Shown one piece after another: positions 38,481-47,959 of a stretch of 64,000 nt of DNA. The translations under genes were made by a program, and so were the position numbers. Numbering within the stretch: the first letter of the stretch is position 1; each line of letters begins with the position of its first letter. Below the pieces are notes generated by a model. The model was not told the DNA's origin. It did not search any database and saw nothing but the letters and a program-made list of their open reading frames with translations. Source of the stretch: an uncultured Clostridia bacterium (GTDB lineage: Bacteria > Bacillota > Clostridia > Oscillospirales > Acutalibacteraceae); contig CANPXK010000002.1 in NCBI GenBank assembly GCA_947585965.1, positions 439 through 64,438 of the forward strand. The letters are read 5' to 3'.

Positions 38481-39368
38481 GTGAACAAGGTGACGTCCGG
38501 CAAGGGCTTTAAGGTACTCATAACAGCGGTATGTATTTTGCTTGTGCTTGCTTTGATTACGGCAGGCAACAGTACCGTTGGCGGGATTGTGACGGGATAT
38601 ATTCTCAATCCGCTGTTAAGGGTTGCTTCCGATTTTACAAATTCGGCAGAAGAAACGATCACACCTCCGAAAAGTGTTGAGGAGCTTGAAGAGGAAAACG
38701 ATGAGCTCAAGGAGGAAAACCGCCGTCTTAATGATATGCTTGTTGAATATTATGACCTGAAAAAGGAAAATGACGAGCTTTATAAATTCTATAATATAAA
38801 GAAAAATAATGAGGATTTTTCGGTAGTGCCGTCCACTGTCATATCAAGGGATCCGAACGAGAATTTTTACGGATTTATACTTGATAAAGGTTCGGCTGAC
38901 GGGGTTAAACCGGATGACCCTGTTATGACGGATAACGGACTTGTGGGGTATGTATGTGAGGTAAGCACTAAATCCTGTAAGGTGACCTCGATAATTTCTC
39001 CCGCTGCACAGGTAGGGGCAGTGGATAAAAAAACGGGGGATGAGGGTGTTGTTACGGGTTCGCCGGAATACAGTGACAGCGGAATTGCCGTTATGAAAAA
39101 CATATCCGCACAAAATGCGATGAAAATCGGAGATATTGTAGTGACATCGGGCTATGGCGGAATGTATCCGAAAAATATCAAGATAGGAACCGTAAGCAAG
39201 CTTGATTACGACAGCTATACAGGTATGCCTGTTGCGATTGTCAAGCCGTTTGAGGATGTGAGAAATATAACCTCCGCCGCCATAATTACTAATTTCAGCG
39301 GAAAGGGAGATATAGAGGAGCTTGAGGAGTCGAGCGACAATAAGGAAAATTCCAAAAAAAATAACTGA
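38481..39368 (+). CDS. mreC: Rod shape-determining protein MreC
   Basis: The GTG start follows an AAGGGGAG RBS. The protein has an N-terminal TM helix, a coiled coil (EELEEENDELKEENRRLN) and a C-terminal beta domain. It lies between mreB and mreD. Confidence 0.88.
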   Translation: MNKVTSGKGFKVLITAVCILLVLALITAGNSTVGGIVTGYILNPLLRVASDFTNSAEETITPPKSVEELEEENDELKEENRRLNDMLVEYYDLKKENDELYKFYNIKKNNEDFSVVPSTVISRDPNENFYGFILDKGSADGVKPDDPVMTDNGLVGYVCEVSTKSCKVTSIISPAAQVGAVDKKTGDEGVVTGSPEYSDSGIAVMKNISAQNAMKIGDIVVTSGYGGMYPKNIKIGTVSKLDYDSYTGMPVAIVKPFEDVRNITSAAIITNFSGKGDIEELEESSDNKENSKKNN

Positions 39369-39380
39369 GAGCGATTTGAT

Positions 39381-39887
39381 ATGAACAGATATAATGTGGT
39401 GAAATATACGGCATTTTCTCTTGAAATACTGCTGTGTTATATAATTCAGAGTACACCCGGACTTACACTTGAGGTTTTCGGCGGAAGACCGATACTTATG
39501 CTGCCGATAGCAATGACTATTGCTATATTTGAAGGAGAGATTCCCGCTATTATATTCGGTGTTATATGCGGTCTGATGGCTGATTCCGGATACAGCGGTC
39601 CTATGGGATATTATGCTATCATGCTTGCGATAGCCTGTTATGTTATAAGTATCCTTATGGAAAATTATATACGTACAAATCTCCTCACAGCGGTGCTGAT
39701 AGGTGTTATAAGCGTACCGGTAATTATAACCGTACAGTTTCTTTTATTTTATGTTGCTATGGGTTACGATTATGCAGGGGAGTATTTTGTCGCCCATTAT
39801 ATATCAAGGATAGTATATACCTTTGCGTTTGTTCCTGTTTTTTACGGTGTGAACAGATATATTGCGGCAAAGACAATAAACGAATGA
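39381..39887 (+). CDS. mreD: Rod shape-determining protein MreD
   Basis: The 168-aa polytopic membrane protein lies directly after mreC. Confidence 0.8.
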   Translation: MNRYNVVKYTAFSLEILLCYIIQSTPGLTLEVFGGRPILMLPIAMTIAIFEGEIPAIIFGVICGLMADSGYSGPMGYYAIMLAIACYVISILMENYIRTNLLTAVLIGVISVPVIITVQFLLFYVAMGYDYAGEYFVAHYISRIVYTFAFVPVFYGVNRYIAAKTINE

Positions 39888-39900
39888 GGGGCGGTATATT

Positions 39901-41895
39901 ATGGAGAACAAGGTTGGAAAATGGCGTTATGTACTTATTATCATTATTGCCCTTATAATATTGGCGGTATATTGTGCAAGGCTTATCCGTTGGCAGATTT
40001 TCCAGAAGGATTATTATGAGGATATAGCTCTTACATCAACAGAATATACCGTAAAAACAGATGCTATAAGAGGAGAAATATATGATAAGAACGGTGTACC
40101 GCTTGCCGTTAATAAGTCAGGATACAGAGTCGTCATAAATAAAATATATATGCCGGACGAGGAGCTTAATGAAAATATAATAAAGCTCGTCAGGCTGATT
40201 GACAAATGTAAAGGAAAGTGGATAGACGAGCTGCCGATAAAGGTTGACGGGAAGGGAAATTACTATTTTGATAAAGACAAAACTGACGAAATTGACGAGC
40301 TTAAGAGTAAGGATAATCTGAATATGAATCCTTATTCCACGGCTGCCGAATGTATGGCGAAGCTTGTCGAAAAATACGGCTGCGAGAATTTCAGTAAAAA
40401 GGAACAAAGGAATATTATAAGTGTACGTTATAATATGGACAGACTCGGATATTCAAGAAGCAATCCTTATGTTTTTGCTGATGATATCGACCGGCATACG
40501 ATGAGTGTAATCTCCGAAAATATGCAGTCTGTTCAGGGGATAGAAACAGAATCGACCGCCGTGCGTGTATATGAAAACGGAACAGCGGCACCGCATATGG
40601 TGGGGGTGACGGGTCTTATATCCGAAGAAGAATATACCGAGATGAAAAACAAAGGGTATGCATATAACGACAGGATTGGGAAAAGCGGAATTGAAAGAGC
40701 ATACGAAAAGGAACTCAGGGGTAGTGAGGGAAGCAGAACCTATGAGATATCTTCTGACGGAAGCATATCACTGAAGGATACAGTTGAATCTAAGCCGGGA
40801 AACTCTGTTTATCTTACTATTGATGTTAATATGCAGAAGACTGCACAAAAGGCACTCAAGGAAGCGGTCAGTGAAGTAAAGGCAAACGCAAAGGAAGCGG
40901 GAGGAAAAAATAACGGTGAGGATTGTAAGGGTGCCGCGGTTGTTATGCTTGATGTAAGCGATTTTTCTGTTATATGTGCGGCAAACTACCCGTCATATGA
41001 CCTGACAAAGTATTATGATGATTATGAAAAACTTTCTTCCGATGATAGTTTACCGTTGTTTGACAGGGCATTTATGGGAGCGCTTGCTCCGGGCTCGACG
41101 TTCAAGCCGATGGTGGCGGCTGCCGCTTTGCAGGAAAAGGCAATAACTACAAAGACACATATTGAATGTCAGGGGGAATATACCAAAAACGGACTCCATC
41201 TGTGGTGTATGTCATATCACGGAAGCATAGATATGTATCAGGGAATAAGGGATTCGTGCAATGTATTCTTTGCGGAAACCTCAAGGCTTCTCGGAATAGA
41301 AAATATGGATGTATATGCAAAACGATGCGGACTCGGAGTAAGGACAGGAGTTGAGGTAACGGAAAGTGCAGGCACCCTCGCAGGACCGGAATACAGCCGT
41401 GAAATGGGTTCCGAATGGTACCCGAGTTTTGTTTCTCCGGCAGGTATAGGACAGTCTGACAATCAGTTTACACCGCTTCAGCTTGCCACCTATGTTGCTA
41501 CCATAGCCAATAACGGAGTGCGGCTGAGGACTCATGTTGTTGATAAGGTTGTATCCTATTCGGGTTCTGAGGTTATATATAAGACAGAACCCGAGGTTAT
41601 GGATAATATGGGGGTCAGCGAAGCTAATCTCAAGGAAGTTCAGAAAGCAATGAATATGGCTGCCGACAATTATATTGCCCTTGATGATTTTGAGATGCAG
41701 ATAGCGGGAAAAACAGGTACGGCAGAAAATTCCGGCTCGGATCATGCTAATTTTATTTGCTATGCACCTTATGATAAGCCGCAAATAGCAATTGCGGTTA
41801 TGGTGGAGCATGGAGCAAAAAGTTCCGTTGCAATAGGCGTCGCAAAAAAACTTATGAATGAATATTTTGCGATAAACACTGACAAAAAAGAATGA
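39901..41895 (+). CDS. mrdA: Penicillin-binding protein 2 (class B transpeptidase)
   Basis: The protein has an N-terminal TM helix plus SxxK (GSTFKP), SxN (DSCN) and KTG (GKTGTAE) motifs. Confidence 0.9.
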   Translation: MENKVGKWRYVLIIIIALIILAVYCARLIRWQIFQKDYYEDIALTSTEYTVKTDAIRGEIYDKNGVPLAVNKSGYRVVINKIYMPDEELNENIIKLVRLIDKCKGKWIDELPIKVDGKGNYYFDKDKTDEIDELKSKDNLNMNPYSTAAECMAKLVEKYGCENFSKKEQRNIISVRYNMDRLGYSRSNPYVFADDIDRHTMSVISENMQSVQGIETESTAVRVYENGTAAPHMVGVTGLISEEEYTEMKNKGYAYNDRIGKSGIERAYEKELRGSEGSRTYEISSDGSISLKDTVESKPGNSVYLTIDVNMQKTAQKALKEAVSEVKANAKEAGGKNNGEDCKGAAVVMLDVSDFSVICAANYPSYDLTKYYDDYEKLSSDDSLPLFDRAFMGALAPGSTFKPMVAAAALQEKAITTKTHIECQGEYTKNGLHLWCMSYHGSIDMYQGIRDSCNVFFAETSRLLGIENMDVYAKRCGLGVRTGVEVTESAGTLAGPEYSREMGSEWYPSFVSPAGIGQSDNQFTPLQLATYVATIANNGVRLRTHVVDKVVSYSGSEVIYKTEPEVMDNMGVSEANLKEVQKAMNMAADNYIALDDFEMQIAGKTGTAENSGSDHANFICYAPYDKPQIAIAVMVEHGAKSSVAIGVAKKLMNEYFAINTDKKE

Positions 41896-42011
41896 AATGA
41901 ATTTTTTGAAAATTTAAAAATAATCATACTGTTAAATTTGTATGAAATATTTTAATTCGCTCTTGACTTTATGTTGAATGTGTGATAATCTTGTTAAAGA
42001 GGTATAAGAGA

Positions 42012-42746
42012 ATGGGTAAAGTGGCTGTGATTACATCGGGAAAAGGAGGAACAGGTAAGTCCACGCTTGCGGCAGGGCTTGGTGCCGCTCTGGTAAGGAG
42101 AGGCAACAGGGTTCTTATAATAGACTGTGATGCGGGAATGCGGGGCGTTGACCTTATGCTCGGTGTCAGCGGAAAGCTTGTGTTTGATATTGCCGATGTC
42201 GTGAGGGGGAATTGCTCTCCTGAAAATGCAATATACCCGTGCGGCACTGTTCCCGAACTCTATATACTTCCGGCACCGCAGAGTGTAAGGGATGAGATAA
42301 GTCCCTACATTATGCGTCAGCTTGTATATGTATTGGAAAAATACTATGACTATATACTTATTGATTGTCCGGCGGGCATAGGTACAGGGTTTGAGTCCGC
42401 AGCCGCAGCCGCAGGGTGTGCGGTTATTGTGGCTAATGCGGAGCCGTTGTCTTTGAGAGGCTGTGATAAAGTAAGACAAAGGCTTATGAGTATGAACGTG
42501 TCGGAGATAAGATTGGTTATAAATCGTTTTAATGAGAAGAAATTCAGAAAAACGGGTGTTTTTCCCGATCTTGACAGTGTTATAGATAAGGCGGGAGTAA
42601 GACTTCTGGGGATTGTTCCGGAGGATAATATTGCGGCTGCCGAGACGCAAAAGGGACGACCGCCGGAGGGAAAAATGAGGGCGGTTTATGCTTTTGACAG
42701 AATTGCGGCAAGGATTGACGGAGTTGAGGTGCCGCTTGAGATTTGA
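42012..42746 (+). CDS. minD: MinD-like septum site-determining ParA-family ATPase (short C-terminus)
   Basis: The deviant Walker A is SGKGGTGKST. DCDAGMRGVDLMLG and ILPAPQS resemble MinD. The ATG at 42012 is the likely start. Confidence 0.8.
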   Translation: MGKVAVITSGKGGTGKSTLAAGLGAALVRRGNRVLIIDCDAGMRGVDLMLGVSGKLVFDIADVVRGNCSPENAIYPCGTVPELYILPAPQSVRDEISPYIMRQLVYVLEKYYDYILIDCPAGIGTGFESAAAAAGCAVIVANAEPLSLRGCDKVRQRLMSMNVSEIRLVINRFNEKKFRKTGVFPDLDSVIDKAGVRLLGIVPEDNIAAAETQKGRPPEGKMRAVYAFDRIAARIDGVEVPLEI

Positions 42747-42776
42747 AAAGATTTTACATAACAGGGGGAGTTAATT

Positions 42777-43175
42777 ATGAATATAGCATTAATAGCACAT
42801 GATGCCAAAAAGGAGCTTATGGTTCAGTTCTGTATAGCGTATTGCGGTATACTCAGCAGGCATAATCTATGTGCTACGGGCACGACAGGAAAGCTTGTTT
42901 CCGAGGCTACGGGTCTGGAAATACAAAGGTTTCTCGGGGGTTCCCAGGGAGGAGATCAGCAGATTGCGGCAAGAGTTGCTTTCAACGAGATAGATATGCT
43001 TATATTCCTTCGTGACCCGCTTAATCCCAAACCGCATGAACCTAATGACATGAATCTTCTCAGGCTCTGTGATATGCACAATATTCCCGTGGCAACTAAT
43101 ATTGCTACAGGGGAAGTACTTATACACGGTCTTGAAAGAGGAGATCTTGATTGGCGTGATATTGTGAGATCATAA
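42777..43175 (+). CDS. mgsA: Methylglyoxal synthase
   Basis: [16 protein letters not shown] and GGDQQI motifs are present. A GGGGGAG RBS precedes the start. Confidence 0.9.
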   Translation: MNIALIAHDAKKELMVQFCIAYCGILSRHNLCATGTTGKLVSEATGLEIQRFLGGSQGGDQQIAARVAFNEIDMLIFLRDPLNPKPHEPNDMNLLRLCDMHNIPVATNIATGEVLIHGLERGDLDWRDIVRS

Positions 43176-43207
43176 ACCCGGTTAGGCAAAATAATTGTAT
43201 TCGACAG

Positions 43208-43233
43208 CGGTTGGCTTTTGCTGACCGTTTTTT
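43208..43233 (+). terminator. Putative terminator after mgsA
   Basis: A 7-bp stem (two G-U pairs) CGGTTGG pairs with CTGACCG and is followed by T6. Confidence 0.5.
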
Positions 43234-43331
43234 ATTTACTGCATATGGCGAATAATGATTAAATGAATATTATTTGTCCGCAGTATGTCAAAATCGGTTG
43301 ACATACAGGTAAGAAAAATGTAAACTATAAG

Positions 43332-45593
43332 ATGGAGTTTTTCGCTCGGTCGGGAAATTGTATTATGATACGGGAGATGACAGGCTTGTCGGAGAATGAA
43401 ATTAACGAAATAGAGGGTTCCGTTGAAGATATAGTTTATAGAAATAATCAGAACGGATACAGTGTCATCATGCTTTCCTGCGACGGCGAGCTTGTGACTG
43501 CCGTAGGAAAAATGACGGAGGTCAGTGTCGGAGATGAGCTTAGACTTATAGGGAAAATTAAGCTTAATCCTAATTACGGAGAACAGTTTTCTTTCGATTA
43601 TTATGAGCAGAGTATGCCGTCAAATGCTGCGGCGATACTTAAATATCTTTCCTCACGGACGATAAAGGGCATAGGAGCAAAAACGGCAAGAAAAATCGTT
43701 GATGCCTTCGGCGATAATACATTGGAGATTATGCAGAAGCAACCGGAGCGTCTTACGGAAATAAGCGGTATATCGCATGATAAGGCGATGTCGATAGGCG
43801 AGCAGGTGAGGAAGATCTTTGGAATGAAAGAGATCATGGTATACCTGACAAAATACCGTATAACCGCACCGGAGGCTGTGCGTATATGGAAGGAATACGG
43901 TGATAGCTCCATTGCAATGATAGAAAAAAATCCCTATATTCTCTGCGGAGAAAATATAGGTGTTTCATTTGAAAAGGCAGACAGAATAGCTGAATCCTTT
44001 GGAAGACCTCTTGACGACCCGTGCAGAATCAAGGCGGGTATATTGTATATAATTACATATAATTCGGGCAATGGTCATACCTGTCTGCCTACTGACAGGC
44101 TTATAGATATTTCTGCGGATTTTCTTAAGACTGACAAGGAAAATACCGCATCGGCTATGGCGGAGCTTATTGATGATACAGCACTTATATGTGACGAACT
44201 TGACGGCAGGAGCTTTGTGTTTTTGCCGGCACTGTATAAATCGGAATTTTACGGTGCTGACAGAATAGCTCTTATTTTAAAGGTTCCCCCGGAACGTATA
44301 ACGGGAACGGAATATGCTGTGGAAACATTTGAAAAAATAAATAATATACAATACGCCGAGCAGCAAAAGCGTGCGATTATCGAAGCCATGACGGGAGGTC
44401 TGCTTATACTTACAGGTGGTCCCGGAACAGGAAAAACAACAACTCTTAATGCGATCATTAATCTGTATGAAAGATTCGGTCTTAAGGTTTTGCTTGCCGC
44501 TCCGACAGGAAGGGCTGCACAGAGAATGTCACAGCTGACCGGACATGAGGCAAAAACCATACACAGACTTCTTGAGGTTGAATGGGATAATAATGAGCGT
44601 CCAAGATTTTCAAGGAACGAGAGAAATCTTCTTGATTGTGATGCGTTGATACTTGACGAAATGTCTATGGTTGATGTTACTCTTTTTGAAAGCGTATTGC
44701 GTGCTTTGCCGCTGGGCTGCAGGCTGATAATGGTGGGTGACAGTGATCAGCTGCCGTCCGTCGGAGCCGGAAATGTTCTCGGCGACCTCATTGATGCGGG
44801 GAAGATACCGGTTGTTCGTCTTACGGAAATTTTCAGGCAGTCAATGGAAAGTCTTATAATAACAAACGCACATAAGATAGTTCACGGTGAAATGCCTGAG
44901 ATATGTCGTACAGATGGGGATTTTTTCTTTATGGAGGAGCTTGACAGGGACAGGATATCAGAAAAAATCGTCGCACTGTATACTAAAAGACTTCCGGCGG
45001 CATACGGTTATGATCCGATGAATGATATACAGGTTCTCTGCCCGGGAAGAAAGGGAGTTCTGGGTGTTACAGAGCTGAATAAGAGGCTGCAGGAAGCACT
45101 TAATCCGCCGGGGATAGGAAAGCAGGAGGTCAGAACACCTGTGTATATTCTGCGTGTCGGAGATAAGGTTATGCAGACAAGAAATAATTATGATCTCCCT
45201 TGGGCTCGTGATGACGGAAGCGAGGGTGCGGGAATATATAACGGAGATATAGGAATAATAGAGTATATAGAAAAGGTATCGGGATCCGCAAAGATAAGAT
45301 TTGATGACAGGGTCGTATCGTATAATTCCGACAATCTTGCAAATGTGGAGCTTGCCTATGCTGTGACCGTACATAAAAGTCAGGGAAGTGAATTCAAGGC
45401 TGTCGTTATGCCCATGTATTACGGTGCACCTCAGCTTTATTACAGAAATCTGCTCTATACGGCAGTTACAAGAGCAAAGGAAAAATTAATTCTGGTAGGA
45501 AATGTATCAACACTGAGGAAAATGGTCGATAATAATAAAAAGACCAAAAGGTATTCAGGGCTGAGGGCATTTTTGGAAAGGAGCGTAGGATGA
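43332..45593 (+). CDS. recD2: RecD2-type ATP-dependent DNA helicase (RecD-like/YrrC)
   Basis: Walker A GGPGTGKTT, LILDEMSMVD and AVTVHKSQGSEF are present. The start is ambiguous (ATG 43332, 43365 or 43377). Confidence 0.88.
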   Translation: MEFFARSGNCIMIREMTGLSENEINEIEGSVEDIVYRNNQNGYSVIMLSCDGELVTAVGKMTEVSVGDELRLIGKIKLNPNYGEQFSFDYYEQSMPSNAAAILKYLSSRTIKGIGAKTARKIVDAFGDNTLEIMQKQPERLTEISGISHDKAMSIGEQVRKIFGMKEIMVYLTKYRITAPEAVRIWKEYGDSSIAMIEKNPYILCGENIGVSFEKADRIAESFGRPLDDPCRIKAGILYIITYNSGNGHTCLPTDRLIDISADFLKTDKENTASAMAELIDDTALICDELDGRSFVFLPALYKSEFYGADRIALILKVPPERITGTEYAVETFEKINNIQYAEQQKRAIIEAMTGGLLILTGGPGTGKTTTLNAIINLYERFGLKVLLAAPTGRAAQRMSQLTGHEAKTIHRLLEVEWDNNERPRFSRNERNLLDCDALILDEMSMVDVTLFESVLRALPLGCRLIMVGDSDQLPSVGAGNVLGDLIDAGKIPVVRLTEIFRQSMESLIITNAHKIVHGEMPEICRTDGDFFFMEELDRDRISEKIVALYTKRLPAAYGYDPMNDIQVLCPGRKGVLGVTELNKRLQEALNPPGIGKQEVRTPVYILRVGDKVMQTRNNYDLPWARDDGSEGAGIYNGDIGIIEYIEKVSGSAKIRFDDRVVSYNSDNLANVELAYAVTVHKSQGSEFKAVVMPMYYGAPQLYYRNLLYTAVTRAKEKLILVGNVSTLRKMVDNNKKTKRYSGLRAFLERSVG

Positions 45594-46261
45594 ATAGATT
45601 GCTTTCTGTTTTTTATCCCAGAAAATGTCCGTATTGTTCAAAGCCACTTAAATATGATATGACGGAATGTCTGGTTTGCAGAACGGAATTTCCGAAGGTT
45701 CCGAGAATAGAGGCTCTGCCAACCGGAGAAATATGTATTGCACCGTTTACATATAATGGTGCGATAAGAAAGGCTATATGCGATTATAAGTTCAGAGGGA
45801 AGAAATTTAACGCCTACAGTCTTGCCGGTGCGGTGGCGGCTTCAATAAGAAATGTATATTATAAGGACATGGGTTTTGAGATTATAACCTGTGTTCCTAT
45901 GAGTAAAGACAGGAAATACGAAAGAGGCTTCAACCAATCCGAGCTTATAGCGAGATATACAGCCGAGCAGCTTGACAAGCCGTTTGAAAATCTGCTTTAC
46001 AGAGACAGTGGAGCCGCGCTGCAGCATGAAATGACATATACGGAAAGAATTTCCGGAAACGATCGTACTTTTCATATTATATCTCCTGAAAAGGTCAGGG
46101 GGAGGAAGCTGCTTGTGATTGATGATATAATGACAACCGGTATGACACTTTCGAGGTGCAGTACCGTTCTTAAGGAATATGGAGCCGAGCGGGTATTTTG
46201 TGCATCTGTTGCGATATCAAAGGAATATGATGCACATAATCGTATTCAGAGCAGCGGGTAG
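45590..46261 (+). CDS. comFC: ComF family protein (ComFC-like phosphoribosyltransferase fold)
   Basis: The N-terminus has a Cys4 motif (CPYC...CLVC). The PRTase motif LLVIDDIMTTGMT is present. The start overlaps the recD2 stop. Confidence 0.85.
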   Translation: MNRLLSVFYPRKCPYCSKPLKYDMTECLVCRTEFPKVPRIEALPTGEICIAPFTYNGAIRKAICDYKFRGKKFNAYSLAGAVAASIRNVYYKDMGFEIITCVPMSKDRKYERGFNQSELIARYTAEQLDKPFENLLYRDSGAALQHEMTYTERISGNDRTFHIISPEKVRGRKLLVIDDIMTTGMTLSRCSTVLKEYGAERVFCASVAISKEYDAHNRIQSSG

Positions 46262-46323
46262 TCTGATACAGTGTGTTTGTCAGGGCGGTAAAATTTTTGA
46301 ACATAACGGAAAGGGTGTAGAAA

Positions 46324-47343
46324 TTGGGACTTGATATTGCTATAGATCTCGGGACCTCCCGAACGAGGATATATTTGCAGAATAAAGGAAAGGTGGTTGA
46401 CGAGCCTTCCGTTATAGCCGTCAACCTTGATAATGACAATATTATAGCTGTGGGGGAGGAAGCATATAAAATGCTCGGGCGTACCTCTGACCGATACAGT
46501 GCCATTTATCCCCTCAGCGGCGGTGTTATATCCGATCTCGGACTTGTTGAGGTTATGATATCCTCTTTTTTGAAGAGAGTTGTTTCCTCAAAGATTGGAA
46601 TGCCGAGAGCTGTTGCCTGTGTTCCGGGGGAGATAACCGATGTTGAGAAGAGGGCGGTTGTCAATGCGATAAGTTGTTCGGGAATCAGGAGGGTATGTCT
46701 TATTGAGGAGCCTGTTGCGGCGGCTATCGGAGCCGGGATCGACATATCGAGTCCTCACGGGTCGTTTGTTGTTGATATTGGCGGAGGAACCACTGATCTT
46801 GCGGTTATATCGCTCAGTGGCATTGCCGTATCGAGGTCGATAAAGCAGGCCGGGAACATTATGGATGAGGAAATAATCAAGTATGTTAAGAAAAAATACA
46901 ATATGTTGATTGGAAAGAGGACAGCGGAGGAAGCCAAGATAAAGATCGGTTGTGTTATTCCGGGCATGGGAATGGGGACATACCGCATCAAGGGAAGGAA
47001 CATGATAACGGGTATGCCCATGTGGATAGATCTTGCATCTGAAGAAACTGCCGAGCCCTTAAAAGAGACTGCTGCTTCTATTGTACGTCAGGTACAGGAT
47101 GTTCTTGAGGAAACGCCGCCGGAGTTAATTGGTGACATACATTCGGACGGAATAGTTCTGACAGGCGGTGCTGCGCAGATAGCGGGGATGGACACATTAA
47201 TTAAGATGGCGACAGATCTGCGTGTTACAACAGCGGAAAATCCTGCTGATTGTGTTGTAAACGGATGTGGAGCCGCCATAAAATACATTGACCGTTTACG
47301 TCACCCCGATGGCACCGTAACCCCCATTTCCGACCGCTTCTAG
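46324..47343 (+). CDS. mbl: MreB/Mbl-family actin-like protein (second paralog)
   Basis: The TTG start follows AAGGGTG. IAIDLGTSRTRIY, DIGGGTTDLAVISL and IVLTGGAAQIAGM motifs are present. Confidence 0.88.
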   Translation: MGLDIAIDLGTSRTRIYLQNKGKVVDEPSVIAVNLDNDNIIAVGEEAYKMLGRTSDRYSAIYPLSGGVISDLGLVEVMISSFLKRVVSSKIGMPRAVACVPGEITDVEKRAVVNAISCSGIRRVCLIEEPVAAAIGAGIDISSPHGSFVVDIGGGTTDLAVISLSGIAVSRSIKQAGNIMDEEIIKYVKKKYNMLIGKRTAEEAKIKIGCVIPGMGMGTYRIKGRNMITGMPMWIDLASEETAEPLKETAASIVRQVQDVLEETPPELIGDIHSDGIVLTGGAAQIAGMDTLIKMATDLRVTTAENPADCVVNGCGAAIKYIDRLRHPDGTVTPISDRF

Positions 47344-47831
47344 CGGCGAGCCGCCGCACCCATGTTCGCGGGGTCGCTCACTTTCGTTCGCTTTGTTTTT
47401 TGTGGAGGTAAGTCTGTTTCCGCGACAGGTAGTTTGCCTGTCGGTGTTGGGTAGAGAGTGTCGTGAAAGCCTCTTGCGAGGCTTTCCGCAACTACAAATG
47501 ACATACTCATCTATTGTTCATCAAGTAAATTAACGGTCGAGTCAAAGACTTATTTATCTGAATAAATTAGTTACGGATTGACGGCGGCGGCACGCCGCCG
47601 CTCACTGCGTTCGCTTTGTTTTTTGTGGAGGGTAGTCTGTTTCCGCGATAGGTAGTTTGCCTGTCGGTGTGCGTAAGAGAGTGTCGTGAAAGCCTCTTGC
47701 GAGGCTTTCCGCAACTACAAATGACAAACTCATCACTTGTTCATCGAGTAAATTAACGGTCGAGCCATAGATTAATTGACCTGAGTGAATTGGTTACGGA
47801 TTGACAGTGCCGGCACGGCACCGGCACGCCG
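47344..47831 (+). repeat. Noncoding tandem direct repeat: two full ~223-224-bp copies plus the first hairpin of a third. Each copy carries the same set of hairpins.
   Basis: Anchor pairs give the period: CGCTCACT at 47375/47599, GAAAGCCTCTTGCGAGGCTTTC at 47465/47688, and GGATTGAC at 47575/47798. Details are in the findings. Confidence 0.9.
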
Positions 47832-47959
47832 CTATAGGCGGATAAAGCTGATTATTATAGCTATTATGGCGAAAATGATTGCCAGCTTCTTTTGCTTGTA
47901 CATCTTTGTTCCATTAGAAGTTTTGGATTTTCCAAGACGGGCTGCAATTATAAATGTAA

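Noticed and set aside
41994-42650. A 218-aa minus-strand ORF opposite minD
   Set aside because: It is antisense to a gene with clear family motifs, and has no RBS or recognisable domain.
47575-47610. Reading the recurrent ATTGAC(A)+GC-hairpin motif (also at 7441, 10621 and 33.7 kb) as sigma-A or sigma-54 promoters
   Set aside because: TTGACA matches a -35 box, but none of the copies has a -10 element at 16-18 nt. GGCAC is present, but no TTGC follows at the sigma-54 spacing. Genuine promoters in the window (16101, 18270) also begin ATTGACA, so part of the motif similarity is simply -35 consensus.
47340-47760. 53- and 56-codon minus-strand ORFs (MS(M/L)SFVVAESLARGFHDTL...) and 11-codon + strand ORFs (MT(Y/N)SS(I/L)VH(Q/R)VN) inside each tandem repeat unit
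   Set aside because: No RBS precedes any of them. Every nucleotide difference between the two copies within the minus-strand ORFs is nonsynonymous, and a 1-nt indel changes the minus-strand ORF end. The minus-strand ORFs also run straight through palindromic hairpins. Coding is not excluded but is unsupported.
47344-47831. CRISPR array, type III toxin-antitoxin RNA repeats, retron ncRNA or DGR template/variable repeat as explanations for the tandem units
   Set aside because: The units are ~223 bp and contiguous, with no unique spacers. That is far longer than ToxI/CptI-type repeats. No cas, toxin endoribonuclease or reverse-transcriptase gene is nearby.
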